From contig CAYUJD010000008.1 in the NCBI GenBank assembly GCA_964444975.1, forward strand, positions 9,496 to 73,495: a stretch of DNA of 64,000 nt. The letters run 5' to 3'. The DNA is from an uncultured Chitinophaga sp. (lineage in GTDB: Bacteria; Bacteroidota; Bacteroidia; Chitinophagales; Chitinophagaceae). The notes under the pieces were generated by a model. It did no database searches. It saw nothing but the letters and a program-made list of their open reading frames with translations, and had not been told where the DNA came from. Of the stretch, positions 36,954 to 45,805 are shown piece by piece. The first letter of the stretch is position 1. The number at the start of each line of letters is the position of its first letter. A program made the translations under genes and the position numbers.

Positions 36954-37478
36954 TTATTTTTTTATTTTATAACCAAGCATCAGCAGCCCGTTGTCATAAA
37001 TTTTACTGTTGGTAAGGGTCAGCCAAGTCCGGGTTTTTATTTCTTTAAAAAGCGGTTTGCCGCCGCCAAGTATTACCGGGTGCACGGCAAGAACGACTTC
37101 ATCCACCAGTGGCAGGTTCATTAGTGATGAAATCAGTTCGGCACCGCCAAAAAGCCAGATGTCTTTTCCCTTGCTGTTTTTAATCTTTTCCACTTCAGTT
37201 TTGGTATCGCCGTTTACCAGCTCAGCGCCATCTTTTACTTTTTTCAGCGTATGGGAAAAAATATATTCCTTGAGCTTTGGAAAACCCGGGGGCGGTTCTT
37301 CACCCTGCATGCTCAGTGTCAGCGCATAACTTTTGCGGCCCATGAAAACAGCGTCAATGCGTTTGAAAAAAACCGACAGGGCATAGTCCTGGTCGGTAAA
37401 GCACCAGTCAAATTCACCTTTGGGGCCTTCAATAAACCCATCGAGGCTGACGGCAAGCTGAAGAATGACTTTGCGCAT
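36954..37478 (-). CDS. dihydrofolate reductase family protein (RibD C-terminal domain)
   Basis: 174 aa. MRKVILQLAVSLDGFIEGPKGEFDW...IWLFGGAELISSL is typical of the RibD_C/YwjB-like family. Confidence 0.8.
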   Translation of the reverse strand: MRKVILQLAVSLDGFIEGPKGEFDWCFTDQDYALSVFFKRIDAVFMGRKSYALTLSMQGEEPPPGFPKLKEYIFSHTLKKVKDGAELVNGDTKTEVEKIKNSKGKDIWLFGGAELISSLMNLPLVDEVVLAVHPVILGGGKPLFKEIKTRTWLTLTNSKIYDNGLLMLGYKIKK

Positions 37479-37517
37479 ACTATAGAATATTGAATGGAAT
37501 TTACTGATTAAAAAAAA

Positions 37518-39638
37518 TCAGTTGCAAACCTGGCCTGCAGCGTTTACCGCCGGCTGATAACCCAGGCTTGCCGCTTTTTTCATATCGGCACAGGCGTTAT
37601 CTTTTTTTCCGGAATAAAAAGCGGCCAAGGACCTGCCGTAATACGCTTCGGCATAGTCGGGCTTGGTTTCAATGGCTTTTGAATAGCTGCGGATGGCGTC
37701 GGCATATTTTTTTGTATTGGAAAAAACATTTCCCATGTTCAGCCATGCTTTGAAATACGCCGGGTTCAGTTGTGTGGCTTTTTCATAATCCCGGATTGCC
37801 CTATCGGTCATTTTCCTGTTCATGTACAATGCACCGCGGTTGAAGTAGGCAATGGGGAAGCCCGGATTCAGCCTGATGGTTTCTTCATAATCTTTCAGCG
37901 CTTCATCGTAGCGGTTGTTGTCACGCAGCACGTTTGCCCGGTTCAATATAGCTTCCACATAATTTTTATTCAGCTCAATTGCTTTGCTGAAATTGCTGAT
38001 GGCTTCTTCAGTTTTTCCCTGGCTCATATACAGGTTTCCCCGGCTATACCAGGCCTCGGCAAAATCAGGCTTCATTTCGATGGCTTTGTCCAGGTCTTTT
38101 TTTGCTTCCTCATTCCTGTTCAAATTTTTCAGCACATTGCCGCGGTTCATGTACAATCCTTCAGACTCCGGCATCAGCTCAATGGCTTTGTTGAAATCGG
38201 CCAGGGCTTCTTCATTGCGGCTGGTGTTCATAAAAAGAATGCCCCGGTTGTTGTACGCCCTGAAATGATCGGGCTTCAGCTCAAGGGCTTTATTGAAATC
38301 GGCCAGGGCCAGGTCATTCTTTCCTTCATTCAGGTAAAATCGTCCGCGGTTGTTGTAGGCATACGGTATGGTCTGGTAGCGGCTGATGACATCATTCCAC
38401 AAAGTGAGGTCATTCTTCCACACTTTACACCGTTCAATTGTTTTTACAGAAAAACCAACAGCAAACACCCCCGCAATAGCCATTGCCTGCCATCGTGGTT
38501 TTTTATTTATTAAAAAATGAAATGCTTCGCCTGCCAGGTAACATATCCCGATAGAAGGAATATAACTGTACCGGTCGGCCATGATGGCGCCGCCGACTGG
38601 CAACAGCTGCAGCACAAGAAATACCGTGATGGAAAAAAAACCCACTCCGAAAAAGATTTTCCTGGTATGCTTTGCCGAATAGTAAACGGCAATAATAAGC
38701 CCGGCCAGGATGGCAGGGTACAGATAATAAATTACCGGGAGTGACTCATCACTTTTTACCGGGTAGGGATAATAGGCACTCAGGTTAAGCGGCAAAACAA
38801 GTTTTATAAGGTAACTGATAAATCCATAACTGGCGAAAACAAGCCGCTGGAATAATGGATAATCAACCGCCTCCGTAGCTCCTTCCGATTGCTGCGCCCA
38901 AATGGCTACGATGCCGAAAATAATTGAAAGCAGGAAGAAAGGCAGTTTTTCCAAAAGCGTTTTGCCATTTATTTTTTTGCCCGTAAAATAATCGGTAAGC
39001 AGCAGCACCACCGGCAGCGAAGCAGCCATGGCTTTGGAAAGCAGTGAGCATAAAAACAGGAGAAGTGAAAAGAAGTAAAATTTCTTTTGCCGGTCTTTCA
39101 GAAATTTCAGGTAAAAAATATAAGCAGTAAGGAAGAAGAAAGTATAGAGTAAATCCTTACGCTCAGCGGCCCAGGCCACCGATTCCACATGCAGCGGGTG
39201 AATGCCGAATAAAAGCGAGGCCATGATGGCCACCTCCGTTTTACCACTTACAAGCAGAATGGCATAAAAAACCAAAACCACATTCAGCAGATGTAAAAAA
39301 AGGTTGACGGTATGAAAGGCGGTTTCATTCAAACCAAATAGCTGGTATTCGGCGGCAAACGTGAGTATGGTAAGCGGGTGATAATTTCCCATTACATAGG
39401 TGGAAAAAATTTCTTTCAGGTTTATGATATGCAGCAGCGGATTATTTTTTATATAGTTATCATCGTCCCATGCCAGAAGGCCGTTTTGCAGCACCGGCAG
39501 ATAAACAAGAAATGAAATGATTACAATGACGGGAAGCAGGCTGTAGTTTTTCCACATCGGCGACCGGGTGGTTTTCAGCGGGAGCGGCGGACCTTTTTTC
39601 GTTGGTGATGACTGCTTATACTTATTTTTTTTCTTCAT
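37518..39638 (-). CDS. membrane-anchored TPR repeat protein (polytopic N-terminal domain resembling PMT_2/TMTC-type, C-terminal TPR array)
   Basis: 706 aa with about 10 TM segments, followed by around 9 TPR units with the repeated A..YNNRG... / AL.DFNKAIEL pattern. Confidence 0.8.
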   Translation of the reverse strand: MKKKNKYKQSSPTKKGPPLPLKTTRSPMWKNYSLLPVIVIISFLVYLPVLQNGLLAWDDDNYIKNNPLLHIINLKEIFSTYVMGNYHPLTILTFAAEYQLFGLNETAFHTVNLFLHLLNVVLVFYAILLVSGKTEVAIMASLLFGIHPLHVESVAWAAERKDLLYTFFFLTAYIFYLKFLKDRQKKFYFFSLLLFLCSLLSKAMAASLPVVLLLTDYFTGKKINGKTLLEKLPFFLLSIIFGIVAIWAQQSEGATEAVDYPLFQRLVFASYGFISYLIKLVLPLNLSAYYPYPVKSDESLPVIYYLYPAILAGLIIAVYYSAKHTRKIFFGVGFFSITVFLVLQLLPVGGAIMADRYSYIPSIGICYLAGEAFHFLINKKPRWQAMAIAGVFAVGFSVKTIERCKVWKNDLTLWNDVISRYQTIPYAYNNRGRFYLNEGKNDLALADFNKALELKPDHFRAYNNRGILFMNTSRNEEALADFNKAIELMPESEGLYMNRGNVLKNLNRNEEAKKDLDKAIEMKPDFAEAWYSRGNLYMSQGKTEEAISNFSKAIELNKNYVEAILNRANVLRDNNRYDEALKDYEETIRLNPGFPIAYFNRGALYMNRKMTDRAIRDYEKATQLNPAYFKAWLNMGNVFSNTKKYADAIRSYSKAIETKPDYAEAYYGRSLAAFYSGKKDNACADMKKAASLGYQPAVNAAGQVCN

Positions 39639-39886
39639 AAGTTAGTAATGGTTGCCGGCTATCCCGGTCACATTGCACACCGCTTTTTCAGCCGATAAAT
39701 TTATTTTAAAACGGCAAGCCTTGAAAATTTAATGCCTGTAAACACCATACCGGGTAAATATATTTTGTTAGCGTAACATTTTTTTAGCGGGAGGGCCGGT
39801 AGCCTTATGACTGCAGCATTGGGCTGGGGCCTGAATCAGAACCGGGCATTATGAAGTAACGGCCGCTTTGAGTGTCCAATCAATTA

Positions 39887-40357
39887 TTATTTCTCCTGCC
39901 TGAGTAATTTTTTTATCAGAGATATTTGCCCCAGGTGGTAATGAATATGCTCAACTACACCATGAATATTCCGGTAGTAATTTCCATATTTTTCATCACA
40001 AAAAGTTTCGGCAATCCTGCTTTCGGGCAACTGCTCAACCAGGCTGGCCAATTTTTCTGCATCGGACCAGGTTTTATCCAGCATTTTTTCCCAATCGGTT
40101 TGCGACTGAACAGGCGGAAGATTAAAACTGAATTTATCGCTGGCATCGAGCGGGCCGCCCTGTAATACCTTTAACACAGCACTTACATAATAATTCATGT
40201 GGAATACGAGGGCTGCAATTGTGTTTAGCGAGTTTACTTTTTCTGTAGCCTGTTGCCAGGTGACATCGGCTAAAGTATCTTTCAGGTTAACATCAGTCCA
40301 GTTGCCTCCGAAATGAACATCGCGGATATGCTTTGCCATCTGCTTTGCTAAATTCAT
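39887..40357 (-). CDS. DinB family protein
   Basis: 156 aa with a four-helix pattern and conserved His residues (HMNYY..., EHIHYHLGQI). Confidence 0.7.
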   Translation of the reverse strand: MNLAKQMAKHIRDVHFGGNWTDVNLKDTLADVTWQQATEKVNSLNTIAALVFHMNYYVSAVLKVLQGGPLDASDKFSFNLPPVQSQTDWEKMLDKTWSDAEKLASLVEQLPESRIAETFCDEKYGNYYRNIHGVVEHIHYHLGQISLIKKLLRQEK

Positions 40358-40497
40358 AAAGTGTTTATTAATTTTTTACCCCGATCCGCTGGTGGCCCGG
40401 AATTACTTTCCGGGCAAAAATTTATTTCAGCAAGTGAAGACAAAAAAATCCGCCGCCGCAGCAGGACACTGAACTATTGACTAAGGACCAACGACTA

Positions 40498-41412
40498 CTA
40501 ACTTTTCGCCTGCCACTCCCCTCTGCCTAAACCCGGAAACACATGTCGCTCGCTGTGGTAAGAAGAACGTACCAGCGGGCCGCTTTCCACATAATCGAAG
40601 CCAAGCTTATAACCAATCTCGCGGTATTCAGCAAACTCATCGGGATGCACAAAGCGTACCACCGGCAGGTGCTTTTTGGTGGGTTGCAGGTATTGCCCCA
40701 GGGTAATCACCTCGCAGCCGTTGTCACGCAGGTCGGTCATAGTTTGAATCACTTCCTGTTTTGTTTCGCCCAGGCCAAGCATGATGCCGCTCTTGGTGCG
40801 CATGCCGCCCTGCTTTAATATTTTTATCACTTCCATGCTGCGCCGGTATTTGGCCTGAATGCGTACCTGGCGGGTAAGCCGCTCGGTGGTTTCGATGTTG
40901 TGGCTCACTACTTCCGGCGCGGCATCTATTATACGCTGAATATTTTCTTTTTCTCCTTTAAAATCGGGTATCAGTGTTTCCAACGTAGTGGCGGGGTTCA
41001 GCGCTTTCACGGCTTTGATGGTATTGTGCCAGATGTTGGAGCCGCCGTCTTTGAGTTCATCACGGTCGACGGAGGTGATGACGGCGTGTTTTACTTTCAT
41101 CAGGTGAATGGCTTCGGCCACACGCTGCGGCTCATCCCAGTCAGGCGGCTCCGGACGGCCGGTAGCTACTGCACAAAAACCGCAGCTGCGGGTGCAGATG
41201 TTTCCCAGAATCATGAAGGTGGCAGTGCCGGCGCCCCAGCATTCGCCCATGTTCGGGCAGTTGCCGCTTTCGCAAATGGTGTGGAGCCGGTAGGTGTCTA
41301 CCAGATTTCTTACCTGCTTGTATTCCTGGCCTATGGGCAGTTTGACACGAAGCCAGGATGGCTTCTTTGCACGTGGTTCAAGGGGTTCTGATATTACAGG
41401 TAGTTCAGTCAT
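40498..41412 (-). CDS. lipA: lipoyl synthase
   Basis: Contains [13 protein letters not shown] (auxiliary cluster) and [10 protein letters not shown] (radical-SAM CxxxCxxC). Confidence 0.95.
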   Translation of the reverse strand: MTELPVISEPLEPRAKKPSWLRVKLPIGQEYKQVRNLVDTYRLHTICESGNCPNMGECWGAGTATFMILGNICTRSCGFCAVATGRPEPPDWDEPQRVAEAIHLMKVKHAVITSVDRDELKDGGSNIWHNTIKAVKALNPATTLETLIPDFKGEKENIQRIIDAAPEVVSHNIETTERLTRQVRIQAKYRRSMEVIKILKQGGMRTKSGIMLGLGETKQEVIQTMTDLRDNGCEVITLGQYLQPTKKHLPVVRFVHPDEFAEYREIGYKLGFDYVESGPLVRSSYHSERHVFPGLGRGEWQAKS

Positions 41413-41636
41413 TTGTTACTTTAAATATTCAATATTCAATGTTCAATGTTCAATGTCCCACTCAAGCGAATCCCTTTAATTGAATGTTGAGCATTGATCC
41501 CGATAACCATCGGGATTGAGCATTGAATATTTTATTGCCGAATAGCGATTTAAACGTACAAGAGTGCGACGCAACGGAAGCTAAATAGAATTACTTCAGC
41601 CGGTAACACAAATATTATCCCGCAAATTTAAAGCGA

Positions 41637-42446
41637 TTACTTTCTGTGGCCAAACATGACGGCTATATGCCCCTGGTAGAAGAATTGTTTGTTTTTCTGC
41701 AGGAGCATGATGGGAATTTTTCCAGAATAAAATTCTGCGCTTACTCCCACTTCGATGCCGGATACCACTTCGTTGAAGCGGCCGAAGTCGAACCGGAGGG
41801 TTGATTTGGCGTACACACCGGGTTTCAGTTTTATTTCATTCCATCCTTTACCGAGGCCGCCGCCGCCGAGAATAAAACCGAATTTGAAAAGGGAATCTGT
41901 TTCGGGTGAATATTTAATGGTGCGGTTGATGCCATTTTCATCCACTTCGATGTAGTAAGGACGGAGCAGTCCGAGGGAGAGCCCGCCCTTATAAACGAGG
42001 CTGACGGCCACGCCGTTTTTATTTCCCTTTTGCCCGATGATGCGTTGCTGCCCTACGCCAAGGCCCAGCTGGTAAAAATTATTAATCTTGCCGTAGATGT
42101 AAGGATTGCCGAAGGAAAATCCACCGGTGCCATTGGGCAGCTTGTCTTCTTTGGGATGTTTTATTTCGGTAAAATCAATGCTGTACACAAACGCATTGCG
42201 CTGCGATTTCATTTTTCCTTTTTCAAAAAAGAATCCATAGCCGTTGGTACGCAGTTGCAGGGCAAATATGCTTTGTTTGGAATACACCAGCACGCCTTCT
42301 TCATCCTGGCGGATGAGGTCGTTTATTTTTTTCTTCCGCTCTTCGCGGCGGGTATCTTTTTTCGATTTTTTTTCACCCGGTGTGTCCTGCGCTGCTGATG
42401 ACATGCCCAGCGAAATCAAAGCTGAAATGATAAATAGTTTTTTCAC
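41637..42446 (-). CDS. hypothetical outer-membrane/secreted protein, beta-rich
   Basis: 269 aa with signal peptide MKKLFIISALISLGMSSAAQ, a basic K/R/E linker, then alternating G/aromatic beta-strand-like segments. Confidence 0.65.
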   Translation of the reverse strand: MKKLFIISALISLGMSSAAQDTPGEKKSKKDTRREERKKKINDLIRQDEEGVLVYSKQSIFALQLRTNGYGFFFEKGKMKSQRNAFVYSIDFTEIKHPKEDKLPNGTGGFSFGNPYIYGKINNFYQLGLGVGQQRIIGQKGNKNGVAVSLVYKGGLSLGLLRPYYIEVDENGINRTIKYSPETDSLFKFGFILGGGGLGKGWNEIKLKPGVYAKSTLRFDFGRFNEVVSGIEVGVSAEFYSGKIPIMLLQKNKQFFYQGHIAVMFGHRK

Positions 42447-42658
42447 AGAAAAGATATTTTGGCTAAGAGTTTAAAAAGAGAATAAAGAGGAAAAAGAGGT
42501 TGCCGGTTGCTGGCTTCCTGTTTCCGGGTGGCTGCCATAATGTTCAGGCAACAGGTAACCGCTAATTTGTTCCTTATACCTTATACCTTATACCTTATAC
42601 CTTCTGCCTTCTCTTTATCTCTTAGCAAATGAACGTAAATTTAGGGCAAAAAAGAATA

Positions 42659-43072
42659 ATGACATCAACAGTAGTTTATAACGGGGAGTTAAGAACCACC
42701 TGCACCCACCTGCGCAGCGGCAACAGTTTTGAAACGGATGCGCCGGTGGATAACCATGGCAGGGGCGAACGTTTTTCGCCAACCGACCTGATGGCCACAT
42801 CGCTGGCCACCTGCATGATAACGGTGATGGGAATAAAAGCAAGGACAATGGGGCTGGACATGAACGATGTGAAAATTGAAGTGCTGAAGATTATGAAAGC
42901 CGACCCACGGCGGGTGGGCGGTATTGAACTCAGCTTTCATATACCGGAAAGCCTGAAAAACCTGGATGAAAAAACCAAAACGATTCTGAAAAACACGGGT
43001 ATCACCTGCCCGGTGGCGCTGAGCATTCACCCGGATATTGAGATGAAGGTGAACTGGGGGCTGTGGGATTAG
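42659..43072 (+). CDS. OsmC family protein
   Basis: Contains FSPTDLMATSLATCMITVMG...TCPVALSIHPD, the OsmC/Ohr fold with its two Cys residues. ATG 42659 is preferred over the track start at 42629. Confidence 0.8.
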   Translation: MTSTVVYNGELRTTCTHLRSGNSFETDAPVDNHGRGERFSPTDLMATSLATCMITVMGIKARTMGLDMNDVKIEVLKIMKADPRRVGGIELSFHIPESLKNLDEKTKTILKNTGITCPVALSIHPDIEMKVNWGLWD

Positions 43073-43165
43073 CAGGTTGCTGGCTTCCGGCTACAGGATG
43101 GCTGGATGGTTGGATAGCAAACTTTTATTCTTCAATAGTTCAGTTATATTTTAACCCCTCTATTG

Positions 43166-43327
43166 TCCCGTAGGGATCCCGGTCACAACCGGGAGAAGGT
43201 AGAATAAGATGATTTATGCGTTCCATCGGAACGCCAGGTGCTTATTGTTCCAGCACCAAACGTTCCTACGGAACGTAAATAATACACCTTGTATTCGCTC
43301 TACCCACCTTTCGTTCCTACGGAACGA
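43166..43327. repeat. array of five short palindromes (REP-like)
   Basis: The five are TCCC-GTA-GGGA (43166-76), CCCGGT-CACA-ACCGGG (43178-93), GCGTTCC-ATC-GGAACGC (43218-34), ACGTTCC-TAC-GGAACGT (43260-76) and TCGTTCC-TAC-GGAACGA (43311-27). Confidence 0.8.
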
Positions 43328-43448
43328 AATTAACCTGGCTCTTTCTTCAACCTCAGACTTCAGGAATCTGCTTCAAGGAAATTACCAGTGTATTGATTCA
43401 GTCAAGTTTGATAAAATAACCATCAAACCATCATTGCCATCATTCTAC

Positions 43449-43597
43449 AAGCTATCTCAAAAGTCACTTTAACCCCAATTAACCACTGATTACACAGATT
43501 TTATTTCACAGATTTCTCAGATTTTAGAATAAAAGCGGTGCAATCTGTTTGCTTAACCTGTGAAATCGGTGGTCTGAAAATACTTTTGAGATGACTT
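43449..43597 (-). repeat. 149-bp MITE-like / structured repeat, copy 3 (inverted)
   Basis: Its reverse complement aligns end to end with copies 1 and 2. Confidence 0.85.
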
Positions 43598-43752
43598 TGA
43601 CTTATTACTGCAACCGCCTGTTGCGTACTATTCCTAAGTGATGCTTAGTTTCGGAATACTTTCTTCTGGTATAAACACACCGGAATAAGGCAGGTGGAAA
43701 TGCTTTTGATAACTAAGCAGCAGGGGTTACTTTTATGCCTAAATTGCAACCC

Positions 43753-43872
43753 ATGAAACCGAGGTTACTTTTTTACCTGCTGCTGGTGGTTTTGTTTGCA
43801 TCCTGTGCCCGGGCTGTTACGCCCAATGAAGCAGCCAACCGGTCGTTTAAAAAGTGCAAGCCGATGCGGTAA
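43753..43872 (+). CDS. possible 39-aa lipoprotein
   Basis: MKPRLLFYLLLVVLFASCARAVTPNEAANRSFKKCKPMR has a clean lipobox (LFASC). It is below the track cutoff and convergent with the DUF2851 gene. Confidence 0.3.
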   Translation: MKPRLLFYLLLVVLFASCARAVTPNEAANRSFKKCKPMR

Positions 43873-43875
43873 AGC

Positions 43876-45132
43876 TTATGCCTTGAGCAGGGCATTGCCA
43901 ACAGCGCAATCGAGACAGCGTTTTTTGCTGCAGTATTCATTTTTCAGTTCAATCCATGCCTGTGAATCGCGGGCATTTTTATTTTGCAACCCCAGTTTTT
44001 GAAACCCCTTGGTGATACTGTTGGTTTCGTGTGCAGTCTCTTCAAGCCAGCGGATGGCTTTGTCTTTATACTTCGCTTCATTATGATAATGCCCGTAAGC
44101 AAATACTACCGGGCAAACGGTGTTGATAATGATATTGTCAATCATGGCTGCGCCAAGATTTTTCTTCCTATAACTGCCGATTTCATCAAACCGGTAATGA
44201 TAGTGCCAGTAATCATTGGCCGTCACATCAAACCATTTTTTTATTTCAGCTGCAGAGCCTGCCTCTTTTATTTTTGAAAAAAGGTGGGAAGATTCATTTA
44301 CAAGAATGGCCAATTGTGCCAGCCGGATGCTGGGGAAATTGCCGGGGCGCATACGCAGAAAATGCACGGGCTGATGAATGGATTTGAGGCCGTATTTCTT
44401 TTTCAAAAAATTGTACTCACGCTGCAGCAGCTGCGGGTAGTCTTCGGTAAAACGTCTGCCGAGCAAACCCGCCTGCCCAAACAACAAAGCTTCCAGCTGT
44501 TGCACCTGGTTTTTGTGTTTTGCAAGAATAGTTACCGAAAGGCTCCTGGCCATTTCCTCGAAAGCATCGGCATTGATTTTAATACCGAAGTTGCGGGCCA
44601 GCATCCACCAGAAAGTTTCTTCCCAGTGCTGGTTGGTTTGCTGCAGAAAGGATTCCACTTTAGCTGCTTTTCTTGTCAATCGTTCGGCAAGCAGCCGCTC
44701 CTGCCAGCTTTGAATAACGATGTGTTTTACGGAAGCAATTGATTTTTCACAGGGAATAAAACCTGCGGTCTTCATCAGTTCTTCATATTTTTTCAGAAGC
44801 AGTGTAGAAACCCGCCTCTCCAGCTCAAGCAAGGGCAAGGAATTATGCTGGTGCAAATCATTTTGCCACACCACATGAAGAATAACACTGTTGTAGTTTT
44901 TATCGTGCTGGTGGCGGTGCCTGTTCCAGTCAGAAGTTTTCAGGTGCAGCTCCACATGGCCGGCCCAGGTGCTGTTGCCGATTTTTATTTTGGCATCGGT
45001 AAAATCAGGGCCCTGGTTGGTATTATATTGCCCGGGTAAAATAACCTGTATCGTTTCGCCTGCTGTAGTTTTTAATTCGCCCTTGTTGAAATACTGGAAT
45101 TGCCAGATGAATTGAAGAAGTCGTTCGGTCAT
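43876..45132 (-). CDS. DUF2851 family protein
   Basis: 418 aa. The N-terminus LLQFIWQFQYFNKGELKTTAGETIQVILPGQYNTNQGPDFTDAKIKIG...WAGHVELHLKTSDW is as I recall for DUF2851. Confidence 0.7.
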   Translation of the reverse strand: MTERLLQFIWQFQYFNKGELKTTAGETIQVILPGQYNTNQGPDFTDAKIKIGNSTWAGHVELHLKTSDWNRHRHQHDKNYNSVILHVVWQNDLHQHNSLPLLELERRVSTLLLKKYEELMKTAGFIPCEKSIASVKHIVIQSWQERLLAERLTRKAAKVESFLQQTNQHWEETFWWMLARNFGIKINADAFEEMARSLSVTILAKHKNQVQQLEALLFGQAGLLGRRFTEDYPQLLQREYNFLKKKYGLKSIHQPVHFLRMRPGNFPSIRLAQLAILVNESSHLFSKIKEAGSAAEIKKWFDVTANDYWHYHYRFDEIGSYRKKNLGAAMIDNIIINTVCPVVFAYGHYHNEAKYKDKAIRWLEETAHETNSITKGFQKLGLQNKNARDSQAWIELKNEYCSKKRCLDCAVGNALLKA

Positions 45133-45238
45133 TGCGGGATGGCTTGATGGTATGATTGTTTAATGGCTGAATTGCCCTATTATCTCATCAAATTACAGAA
45201 TTCGCCCCACCTATACAACCATGAAGCCATCAAACAAT

Positions 45239-45805
45239 TTACCCATCCATTTTTTCCAGCTCCCTTACTACCCTGCTCACCGGCAGGCCCATCACATTGT
45301 AAAAGTCACCGTTGACTGATTTGATACCCACCACGCCAATCCATTCCTGAATGGCGTAAGCGCCGGCTTTATCGTAGGGTTTGTATTTGTCCACATAAAA
45401 TTCAATCTGCTCAAGGGTGAGCTTATGAAACTCCACTTCGGTACTGTCGGAAAAAGCGGTTTCCTTTTCATCTTTTCGTATTACGACGCCGGTAATCACT
45501 TTGTGTTTTTCGCCGGAGAGGGCTATTAAAATGCTGATTGCTTCTTCCCGGTGCACGGGCTTGCCGATGATATTTTCGCCAAGCACCACCAGGGTATCTG
45601 CTGCCAGAACAATTGTTCCGGCAGGCAAATCCTGCTGCACGGCCACTGCTTTTTTTCTTGCAATAAAAACTGCCACCTCTTCAGGAGCCAGTCCGGGCGG
45701 ATAATCTTCATCCGTATTTTTTGAAACTATGTGAAATGGAATTTCAGCCCATTCAAGCAGCTGTTTGCGCCGCGGCGACTGTGAAGCAAGAATGATTTTA
45801 TTCAT
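45239..45805 (-). CDS. maf: Maf family nucleotide pyrophosphatase
   Basis: MNKIILASQSPRRKQLL...KAGAYAIQ. The internal ATG at 45805 is preferred, as the track ORF starts at an upstream GTG. It forms an ATGA overlap with the upstream UbiA-like gene. Confidence 0.9.
   Translation of the reverse strand: MNKIILASQSPRRKQLLEWAEIPFHIVSKNTDEDYPPGLAPEEVAVFIARKKAVAVQQDLPAGTIVLAADTLVVLGENIIGKPVHREEAISILIALSGEKHKVITGVVIRKDEKETAFSDSTEVEFHKLTLEQIEFYVDKYKPYDKAGAYAIQEWIGVVGIKSVNGDFYNVMGLPVSRVVRELEKMDG

Noticed and set aside
37770-38513. 247-aa plus-strand ORF inside the TPR/membrane gene. Similar antisense ORFs occur at 52399-53154 (topA), 54229-54933 (Gfo/Idh/MocA), 11150-11716, 13908-14396 and 19621-20217.
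   Set aside because: All are embedded antisense in well-supported genes and have repetitive or odd composition.
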